Assembly: GCF_009914755.1 (NCBI RefSeq)
Contig: NC_060926.1
Strand: one strand, 5' to 3'
Source of the DNA: the human T2T-CHM13v2.0 reference genome, Homo sapiens
DNA length: 64,000 bases
The translations under genes and the position numbers were made by a program. Below the pieces are notes generated by a model. That model was given only the letters and a program-made list of their open reading frames with translations. It had not been told where the DNA came from and made no database searches. Positions within the stretch are counted from its first letter, which is position 1. The number at the start of each line of letters is the position of its first letter. This document shows, piece by piece, positions 46,763 to 58,860 of this stretch.

Positions 46763-47320
46763 TAAAGACGATCCTTTTTTCACTTCACCTCATTGTCACC
46801 TTTACCCATGTATCAAGTGAGAATAGAGTGTGAGACTTTAAAAAATTAATGGATTATTTTTTAAGAACAGTTTCAGGTTTAGAGAAAAAACAGAGCAGAT
46901 TAGCTGGGCATGGTGGTATGCACCTGTAGTCCCAGCTTATTCATATGCTTATTTGCCATCTGCGTATCTTTTTGTGAGGTGTCTGTTCAGACCTCTTGCC
47001 CACTTTTCAATCGGGTTGTTTTCTTATTGTTGAGTCTTAACAGATTAGCTTAATCAGATTGGCTTCGGGAGGCTAAGGCGAGAGGATCGCTTGAGCGCGG
47101 GAGGCGGAGGTTGCAGTGAGTTGAGATCACACCACTGCACTCTAGCCTAGGTGACAGAGAGAGACCCTGTCTCAGAAAGAAAAAAAAAGAAAGAGCAGAA
47201 AGTAGAGAGTTCCCATATACCCTCTGCCTCCTACACTTCTCCCCTCCCCACACTTTCCCGTTATTAACATCTTGCATTAGTGTGGTACATTTGTTACAAG
47301 TGATGAACCAATATTGATAT

Positions 47321-48219
47321 TGTAGGGGAGGGCAAATCTGTTTTCCTTCCACCCTTCTAAGTTCATGGCTGAGAACCCTATAACAGAAGACAGATTAATA
47401 AGAGAAAAGTGCATAAACATATTTAAGTTTTATGTGACATGGAAGCCTTTATAAGGAAATGAAGACTCCAAGAAGCAGTTACAGTTTGATGTAGGTTTGA
47501 TAAAGGGTGGACAGTTGTGGAGGATATGATAGAGCAAAGAGTTTGAAGTAAGTGTAGTCCGCTGGCAGAAGCTTATCAAGGCCCGTTTGTTTAGTTAGAT
47601 TCCTCTCTGTGTCCCTTTGTCTTCACAGATACCACCAGGTATAGGGAGGGCATCTCTCACCTGAGGGTCTTATGACCTGGCTTCAGGAGAAGGTCAGAAA
47701 ACCCTTCCTGCACATGCTGCTTTTGCAAATTCCTTCACCTTAAAATATTCAATATGTCATTGTGTTAGTCTGTTCTTGCATTGCTCTAAAGAGATACCTG
47801 AGGTTGGGCAATCTATAAAGAAAAGAGTTTTAATTGGCTCATGGTTCCACAGACTGTATAGGAAGCATGATGCTGGCATCTGCTTGGCTTCTGGGGAGGC
47901 CTCAGGAAACTTACAATTATGGTGGAAGACAAAGGGGGAGCGAGACATCTCATGTGGCTAGAGCAGGGGAAGCAAGAGAGCGGGGAGGTGCCACATATTT
48001 TTAAACAACCAGAATATCATGAGAATTCTATCATGCAAACAGCACTGTGGGGATGGTGCTAAACTATTAGAAACCACCCCCAAGATCCAATCACCTCCCA
48101 CCAGGCTCCGCCTCCAACATTAGGAATTACAACTGGACATGAGTTTGGGTGAGGACACAAATCCAAACCATGTCAGTCGTGGTGCCATATTTTGTGGTAG
48201 CACGTCCTGAATCCCATCA
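47321..48219 (-). mobile_element. MER34/MER31-like ERV1 LTR inserted in an L1MB, itself split by an MST LTR at 47761-48175 (TSD GTCAT/GTCGT)
   Basis: Outer element ends ...gccatattttgtggtagcacgtcctgaatcccatca; inner element tgtgttagtctgttcttgcattgct ... atccaaaccatgtca. L1MB sequence is continuous across the outer element. Confidence 0.72.
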
Positions 48220-48937
48220 ATAAATTATTCTGAACTAAAGTTCCATAGTTTCCATTAGGGTTCACTTTTGGTGTACATCCTACCGGTTTTGCCAAATGAA
48301 TAATGCCATGTAGAACCGTTACAATATTGTACAGAATAATTTCACTCCCCTAAAAATCCCCTGTGCTGAACCTATTCACACTTCCTCCCCTGAGTCCCTG
48401 GCAACCACTGTCTCTATAGTTTTAATCAGAATGTCACATAGTTGGAATCATACAGTATGTAGCCTCTCCAGATTGCCTTCTTTCACATAGTAACATTCAA
48501 TTAAGGCTCTTCCATGTCTTTGCGTGGTTTGATAGCTCATTTCTTTTTATTGCTGAATAATAATCTATGGTATGGATGTGCCACAGTTTATCCATTCATT
48601 TATTGAGGGACATCTTGGTTGCTTCCAACTTTTGGCAGTTATGAATTATGAATAAAGCTGGTATAAACATTCATGTGCAGGTTTTTGCATGGACATAAAT
48701 GTTCAATTTGGGTAAATATCTAGAAACGTGATTGCTGGATCTTGCGGTAAGCATATGCTTTGGCCAGGCGCGGTGGCTCATGACTGTGATCCCAGCACTT
48801 TGGGAGGCTGAGGTGGGATCACCTGAGATCAGCAGTTTAAGACCAGTCTGGCTAACACAGTGAAACCTCATCTCTACTAAAAAAAATACAAAAATTAGCT
48901 GGGCGTGGTGGCGTGTGCCTGTAATCCCAGTTACTCA

Positions 48938-49099
<162 letters not shown>

Positions 49100-49745
49100 T
49101 CAGCACTTTGGGAGGCGGAGGCAGGTGTATTATTTGAAGTCAGGAGTTTAACACCAGCCCGACCAACATGGTGAAACCCTGTCTCTACTAAAAATACAAA
49201 AATTAGCTGGGCGTGGTGGTCATGCCGGTAATCCCAGCAACTTGGGAGGCTGAGGCAGGAGAATCGCTTGAACCCAGAGGCAGAGGCTGTAGTGAGCCAA
49301 GATCACACTTGCCGTTGCACTCCAGCCTGGGAGACAGAGTGAGACTCCGTCTAAAAAAAAAAAAAGCTTCATGACAAACTTCCAGACTTTCTTCCAAAGT
49401 GTCCGTATGAGTTTTCATTCCCACGAGTAATGAATGAGAGTTCCTGTTACTTCACATCCTTGCCAATGTTTGGTGGTGTCAGTGTTTCGGATTTTAGCAA
49501 TTTTGGCAAATATGTAGTGGTATCTCACTGTTGTTTTAATTTGCAATTCCCTAATGACATATGATGTTGAACATCTTTTCATATGCTTATTTGCCATCTG
49601 TATATGTTTTTGGTGAGGTATCTGTTCAGATCTCTTGCCCACTTTTCAATTGGGTTGTTTGTTTTGTTATTGTTGAGTGTCAAGAGTTCTTTGTATATTT
49701 TTGGATAACAGCATGGTTTTTGTTTTTGTTTTTGTTTTTTTTTGA

Positions 49746-49976
<231 letters not shown>

Positions 49977-50740
49977 TGAGTTTTAAGAGTTCTTTGTACG
50001 CTTTTGGGTAACGGTCTTTTGTTTTGCAAACATTTTCTCCCAATCTGTGGTTTGTCTCTTCACTCTTAACTGTATCTTTTGAAGGGGGATCTCAAAGAAC
50101 ATCTGGTCCCCCACAACAACATGTCATGTCAGGTGAGAGATGACTCATTTTCTCAGAAACTAGGATTTTGTGTCATATGTTGTAAACCACGAAAAGTTAA
50201 TTTTATAACCCACCTTCTAGATCTACTGAGAATACGTGGTGTTATCACTAACAGTTTTGAGGAAAGAAATAATTGCCTAATTCATTTTGTAGTGAATGTG
50301 TTTTGTTACTACCACAGATACTCTTAAAATCCACTTATTATGGAGGGGGAAAAAAAAGGAATTTTCTTTACAGAAAGTGAGGAGTGAAACCTAATGGAGA
50401 AAATATCTGTTTCAGGGAATAACCCTCCCAACATCTGATTTTTTTTTGTTTTAGACAGGGGCTCGCTCCGTCCCCCAGGCTGGAGTGCAGTGATGCAATC
50501 ATAGCTCACTGCAGCCTTGAACTCCTGGGTTTAAGCAATCCTCCTGCCTCAGCCTCCTGAGTAGCTGGGACCACAGGTGTGCACCACCACTGCACCACCA
50601 CACCCGACTAATTTTTTTGATTTTTGGTAAAGACAGTATGTTGCCCAGGCTGATCTTAAACTCCTGAGCTCAAGTGATCCTCCCACTTCAGCCTCTCAAA
50701 GTGCTAGGATTATAAATGTGAGCCACTGCACCTAGCCTGA

Positions 50741-50778
<38 letters not shown>

Positions 50779-51270
50779 AACAGTCACTAGTGCTGTATGT
50801 AGGTTACAGTAGCTATGTAGGCCCTTCAGAGTCACTTCACTTTTCTGAGCTTTCGTTTCTTCAACGTCTTCCTGTCTGTAAGACACATGCTCTTCTACCC
50901 CTGAGACCAAAAAATGTTACCAGTGAGGATCTAATGATATAAAATAGGGAAAATGCTTTAAAACTGCACAGTGCTTAACAAATGCACTGTTATTATATCA
51001 TTAAAAGTGACTCCTGGGTGGTGGGAATGGTTGCATAACGACGTGAATGTACTTGATGTCACTTAAAACTGGTTACAATGGTAAATTTTATGGTATATAT
51101 ATTTTACCACAATTAATACATTTTAAAAGATGGTTCTTGACAATTATTCTTAGCGTCTGAGGTGCCCCATTTCTTGGGTATGGGCATATAGTGCCTCAAG
51201 AATATTGGGGATCCTCACCTCTTCTATGCCCAAACCTTTAAGAAAATTCTGGGCCAGGCGCAGCGGCTCA

Positions 51271-51636
<366 letters not shown>

Positions 51637-53366
51637 TCATGTCTGCAGTAGTTTTTCTGAGAAAGCAGAAGGGGTAGGTATTGGCAATCAACAAGCTGCA
51701 GAGTATGCAGATTGAGGTCAGTAACTGTAAATGCCCCATGACTGTCTGATCATTTTAATACCAAAAGAAAAACTTAAAATCCCAGTTGCTAAAATCTTTG
51801 TCTTAGACAACTCTTTGAGCCTCTCCCTACAAGGCCCAGAAAGGAATGAGATAGATGTGAATGGAATCTGTTTTCCCTTCCCTTGCCACGCTCTGGAGGA
51901 GGAGTCTAGGGCAGTAGCCAAGGCCAGCTGCCAGTCAAGGAAAGGGGAGCGGCCCCGTTGAATCCACAAACCACACCATCCTGGCCCATGGGTTATATAC
52001 AAACTCCCACATTGGCAACAAACAAAGGGCATGCACATTCAGGGGATTTTGCTTTCACTGTGAGTGTTTATCTTTGAAGGGTGTCACATCAAGATGAATG
52101 GGAAGGGTGTGTTGCAGTTGAGCTGAGGTTTGGTCTTTCTTGGCTTTTTTAGGGACACTTACAGGTCCAAATCTGCTTTCAGCCGGCTGGTGGACATGGT
52201 AGGAGACACAGTAGTCTCAGGACCAGGCCTCCAGGTGGGAGCTGAGATTCTAGAGGGTGGAAACCACTTGGAGATTGAGTCAAAGCAGACCTGTCCTCAT
52301 TCTGTGCTGGGCAGGAGCCAGCTCTCCATGTCCCTGCAGCTCCAGCAACACCTCCGGATCTTTCAGCTTCCCTGGGACTAAGGACCATGCACATTATTAA
52401 TTCTGATATAAACAGTCACACAGGCACATGTCTCAAGATGAGGGTGAGAAGTTGGTTACAGCAAATGAAGTAATAATGATCTTTGTGCTTCACAATAGGA
52501 ATTCAACCAACCTGAGGCTTATAATTCACTTATTAACACTTTTTATTTTTGTTGAGACGGAGTGTCCCTCTGTCACTCACGCTGGAGTGCAATGGTGTCA
52601 TCTCGGCTCACTGCAACCTCCGCCTCCTGGGCTCAAGTGAGTCTCGTGCCTTGAGTGGCTGAGACTACAGGCACATGCCACCATGCCCAACTAATTTTTT
52701 TGTATTTTTAGTAGAGATGGGGTTTTGCCATGTTGGCTAGGCTGGTCTCAAACTCCTGGCTTCAAGTGATCCGCCTACCTCAATCTCTTCAAGCGCTGGG
52801 ATTACAGGGGTAAGCCACTGTGCCTGGCCATAATTCATTTATCAGTCATATATATATACACACACACTGGGAGAATCTAGGGTCAGTGCCTTACAAATGG
52901 CACAAGTTGAAGCCCTGAGACTCCCACTCCTACCCTGCTCCCCCCATTCTCAGTACTGCTCCTCAGATGCCTCCAGCAGATCATCCATTTCTGCTAGGCT
53001 GGGCCTGGGTACATGCAGGGAGATGTGTACAGGGGCTAAGAGCAGAAACTTTTGAGTGAGACACTCCTGAGTTCATGCACTGGCCCTGCCATTTGTCAGC
53101 TAATTGATGTTGCATTTAATTGCATCATCTGTATGTAAGCCTAATAATTTATAGCCATCTTAGAGATGTTGTGAGCTTAAATAACATAGTAGTGAATATT
53201 TATTTATTTGTTTATTTATTTATTTAGACAGGGCCTCGCTCTGTCACCTAGGCTGGAGTGCAGTGGTGTGATCATAGCTCACTGCAGCCTTGACCTCCCA
53301 CACTCCAGTTATCCTCTCACCTCAGCCTCCTGAGTAGCTTGAGACAACAGATGCATGCCACCATAA

Positions 53367-53627
<261 letters not shown>

Positions 53628-54436
53628 TAGAAATGTTACAGTTAATTCTGAGGTGGGTCAGATTGAGATTCATGGCTATGCATTAATGTTTAGGTGGTGA
53701 CTAACCACTCAGGGTTTTAGAGACAAACAGACCTTATTCTGTCACTCACTGACTGAGCGTGGCCAAGTCTTTCAGCCTCTCTAAGCCTCAGTGTCCTCAT
53801 CCATAAAATGGGACCAATCGTAGCATCCACTTCTGAGAACTGTTCAGAAGTGGAAATGAGCTAGTTTAGGTGGCTGTGTCTGGCATACGCCAATGGTTTG
53901 ATAAGTATTAGCTTGTGCCTTTATTAGGCCAACTCCTTTTTGTTAGGTGACTGAGAAACCAAGGACCTTCTGCCCTTTATGCACCAGTCACTATTAGTTT
54001 AAATTTGTTGCTCTTCCATCCACATGATTCATTCCAAATTTGAAGTGTTGGAGAAAGGGAGTTAGTATGTCATAGAAAAATCTCTGTTTTTGGCTCAGCA
54101 GGACTGAGTTTGACTCCATGTAACTGTCTGAGTCTTAGTTTCCTCATCCATAACATGGGAGAACAATACCCTGAATTAGAGAATTCTGCTGCCAGAATTA
54201 GAGATAGTTCATGTCAAGGTGCAACATATAGGTAATGTGTTATTGCTGGTGTTCTGGTTATAAAATGTACAAGATGTGAAAGCAAAAGGGCAGAAAACCC
54301 TTTTTAAAAATTCATGGCTGGGCGCGCTGCCTCATGCCTGTAATCCCAGCACTCTGCCAGGCCGAGGCGGGTGGATCACCTGAGGTCGTGAGTTTGAGAC
54401 CAGCCTGACCAACATGGAGAAACCCTGTCTCTACTA

Positions 54437-54610
<174 letters not shown>

Positions 54611-55079
54611 TCAAATGGGAAAGAGAGGCAGATGGCAGAGAACAGGGGAGGGGCTGGGCACCGTGGCTCATGCCTGTAATCCCAGCACTTTGGGAGGCCA
54701 AGGCGGGTGGATTTCTTGAGGTCAGGAGTTCAAGACCAGTCTGACCAACATGGTGAATCCCCATCTCTATTAAAAATACAAAAATTAGCCGGGGGTGGTG
54801 GTGGGTGCCTGTAGTCCCAGCTACTCGGGAGGCTGAGGCAGGAGAATCACCTGAACTCAGGAGGTGGAGGTTGCAGTGAGTCAAGATCGCACCACTGTAC
54901 TGTTGCCTGGGCAACGCACCGAGACTCCGTCTCAAAAAAAAAAAAAAAAATGAGAGAACAGGGGAGGGTCTAGGGCTCAGAGCTTTGGAGAACAGACCTC
55001 AGTAGCACCAACACTCCAGGATCAATGCTACAAAGACACGGGTTACAACTAAACTGGAGAACATGGCCAAGGATGGGAA

Positions 55080-55684
55080 CTCAGCCTGAGCAGGGCTGAG
55101 CCGAGCAGGGCTAAGCCAAGTAGGGCTGAGCCAGAACACTTCCTCCTTTTTTCTGAACAATCTACCTACATTTCAGCTACAGGGCTGGCTTTACCCAGTC
55201 CGGCGGGAGGGAGGAGAGGGCTGGTCTGTGACTTCAGTGCTGAGGTTTGATCAAGGCAAAGGGAAACTTCCTATTCCCAGACCCTTTGCAAGAAAGAATG
55301 GCATATTACTTGCCACCGACAGGGGTTATTATTACTAAATGGAGTCAGTATAAATGCTTTCCAATAAAGCATGTCCAGCGCTCGGGCTTTAGTTTGCACG
55401 TCCATGAATTGTCTGCCACATCCCTCTTCTGAATGGTTGGAAATTGGGCATCTGTTCCTTTAAACAGGAAACATTTCTTGTTCGAGTGAGTCATCTCTGT
55501 TCTGCTTTAGGAGTAAAGTTTACCCTGCAGTTCCTTCTGTGGTGAAGTTTTCTCTTTCTCTCGGAGACCAGATTCTGCCTTTCTGCTGGAGGGAAGTGTT
55601 TTCACAGGTTCTCCTCCTTTTATCTTTTGTGTTTTTTTTCAAGCCCTGCTGAATTTGCTAGTCAACTCAACAGGAAGTGAGGCC
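55080..55684 (+). promoter_or_regulatory. CASP8: CASP8 second promoter / 5' UTR: GC box ~55200, AP-1 TGAGTCA 55487-55493, IRF/ISRE-like AGTTTTCTCTTTC ~55546 and AAGTGTTTTCAC ~55594, ETS CAGGAAGT 55671-55678
   Basis: Motifs seen in sequence. This region corresponds to the interferon-responsive CASP8 promoter as I recall it. Confidence 0.72.
55088..55132 (+). repeat. 3 x 15-bp tandem repeat (GAGCAGGGCTGAGCC)
   Basis: Units at 55088, 55103 and 55118 with 0-2 mismatches. Confidence 0.9.
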
Positions 55685-55835
55685 ACGGAGGGAGGCAGAA
55701 GAGCCAGGGTGGTTATTGAAAGTAGAAGAAACTTCTTCCTGGGAGCCTTTCCCACCCCCTTCCCTGCTGAGCACGTGGAGTTAGGCAGGTTAGGGGACTC
55801 GGAGACTGCGATGGTGCCAGGAAAGGGTGGAGCGG
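55685..55835 (+). CDS. CASP8: CASP8L N-terminal extension exon (xEGGRRARVVIESRRNFFLGAFPTPFPAEHVELGRLGDSETAMVPGKGGA); codon 1 is ACG in this haplotype
   Basis: Peptide matches the procaspase-8L extension. G|gtgagt donor at 55836 splices in frame to 63907 (G|AT = Asp, [13 protein letters not shown]). Confidence 0.88.
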
Positions 55836-56484
55836 GTGAGTGCCTGTTGCCAAGGTGGCCTCTTCAACAGGAAACCACAATATTTTTGTTTCTTGACTTG
55901 CTCTAGAAACAGGGCTGTGGGGGTGGGGAAGCAACTTGGATCTGCCCTTCTGAGGACACCTCTGGGTGCTGCCTGGCCCAGGTCTCCTGTGTGGTTTCTC
56001 TCTGAGCCGTTGCCTCTGACTTTGCTACTTTTTCACTCTGAGCAGTCTCCAGTTCCTCTGCTACCTTTTTGTCCTCCAAGCTTCCCTGCCGCCTCGAATG
56101 CAGATACACGGTCTCCCTCCTGTGGACCCGTTTGGAGAGTCCAGAAGACTTTATCAATCTACTTTTTTTTCTTTTTCATTTGGCCCTGGGGCCGACGGTT
56201 AAGTACTTTATTCTGTCGAATCACGATGCCCTGAGGTGCACAGCCCCTTCCCCCTCTTCCGTGTCTGAAGGGTTTCCTTTTATCTCTCCACCCCCACCCT
56301 TGCCCTCCTGCCCTCTCTCTTGTTCCCCAAAGACAGTTCTCTAATGTTTTGATGTGGATTCGTGAATTTATCTGTATCTTTGCAAAATGTATTTTTCTTT
56401 TGTATGTGTACACTGTTTTTTAACTATGCGATCTCAGGCAAGTAAGTAATTCCTCTGTGCCTCTGTTATCTCATCATTAAATGA

Positions 56485-56949
<465 letters not shown>

Positions 56950-57310
56950 TGACCTAGCCCTCTCTGGTGAAGAGTCCTTTTCAGATACTTCGTTCAGTCT
57001 TCTCAGCTATGAGTCCCTACCCTCTGAAAGCTTATATTCTATTTGGGGAAAGACAAAAGGCAGTTTCAAAGAAGAGAGGTGTTTGATTTTCTTTTCCTAC
57101 TTTTAATATCAGAAAACATTTCATCTAACTCTCAGTATGAAGGCAATATTTTGTTTACTGGTATATCCCTAGAGCCCAACATGGTGAGGGCCCCAGGATT
57201 TGCTTCTTTGATAAGATGGTAAACCCATCTTTCAGCTAACTTCATGGTTTCCTCAGCTACACTCATATACAAGGATCACCTTTGGTAAGATGGACTTACC
57301 ATCTTACCAA

Positions 57311-57459
57311 AGAGTTTTTGCATTTTAGAGTTTTTTCTTTTTAGATTTTTTTCATTTTAGAATTTTTTTATTTCAGAGTTTTTTCTTTTTAGAGGTTTTT
57401 CATTTTAGAGTTTTTTCTTTTTAGAGTTTTTTTTTTTTTTTAATTTTAGAGTATTTTAG
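57311..57459 (+). repeat. T-rich minisatellite, ~16-bp unit AGAGTTTTTTCWTTTT, about 9-10 copies
   Basis: Read directly from sequence. Confidence 0.88.
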
Positions 57460-57950
57460 GCTGCTGAGGGTGGAATCTGGTGACCTTGGGGCCACAGAGA
57501 TGCTCCTTGGCTAAACCAGGGGCTTTAGCTCTGAAAGTTCACAGCCACCCTGAGAACCAAGATGAGAGGGCTCTGCAGTGTCCAATCTCAAGACCTCTCT
57601 GAGGTGCTCCATCAAGATTCATTGAATGAAAAAATTAAAGTCTTAATGATGAACCCAGAAAAATCTTTAAATCCTAAATATGAAATGAAAGTGTTCTTAG
57701 TTACAATCCAGTCCAACGTCCTCGTTTTGGAATGTGGAAATGAGGCCCCAAAGGTAAAATGGCCCATCCAAAGTCACAGCCAGGGGCCAGTGCTCAGGTG
57801 GCCAGGTGCCCTGCGTGCGGTCTCCTGGACCACCAGGCCTTTTTCCTGCAGCTTTAGAAGCTTTAGAAGGCACTCTGCTCACTCAGGGGCAAGTGGTAAG
57901 CGCTCTTTCCCCTCTAGTGTTTGTGACTCAGGAGTTTCGAAACAGGAAGT

Positions 57951-58062
57951 AGAGCTGGCTGGCTGTGCCCTTCCGTCCTTCATTAGACGTTTGCTCTTGT
58001 CTTAGATGCTCAGATGGTAGTGGATAGGCCTGTGACGAAGGTGCTACCATCGTGAGAGTAAG
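57951..58062 (+). other. CASP8: CASP8 third alternative non-coding first exon (start approximate); internal acceptor at 58005/58006
   Basis: AAG|gtaagg donor; preceded by AP-1 TGACTCA 57924-57930 and ETS CAGGAAGT 57943-57950; recognised CASP8 5' UTR. Confidence 0.8.
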
Positions 58063-58587
58063 GTAAGGATTTGCCTCTTTGTTAAGGTCAGAGGGGCCTT
58101 TTGGGAGGAAGGCCTTTGATTCTGGAGTTTTCTAGGCTGCTGAGAGTGAGATCGGGTGGCCCTGGGGCCATGGAGGTGATCCTCGTATGTGAGTGTGGAT
58201 GGGGAAACCATGAAGTTAGTGTAAGAGGTAGCAGTCCCTCTGAGAGCCTTGCCGAGGGCCGTGCAGTTTCCAGATCTGAAGGCCATTCTAGCTTAGACTG
58301 ATGAAGTCCTAGGAGCTTCTGAAATGCTGCAAGTTTAACTACTTGTATAAAGGCCTCATCCTGATCCCAGTCAAACTTGTGAAATAATAGAAGCCAAAAT
58401 TTAAATCTCTACTGACTTTGCTGCTACAGCTATCCTCCCACCAACACACATACCCACCAACATACACACTTGCCAACATAAACGCACACACACATACACA
58501 CAAACACACCCATGTGGTCCTACTAATTCAATTATTTATTTTTTAAAGAAATTAAAAAAGACTGGGCGTGGTGGCTCTCGCCTGTCA

Positions 58588-58860
<273 letters not shown>

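Noticed and set aside
57280-57460. CRISPR-like or other prokaryotic repeat-spacer array
   Set aside because: Units are contiguous low-complexity repeats with no unique spacers, and the context is primate intron.
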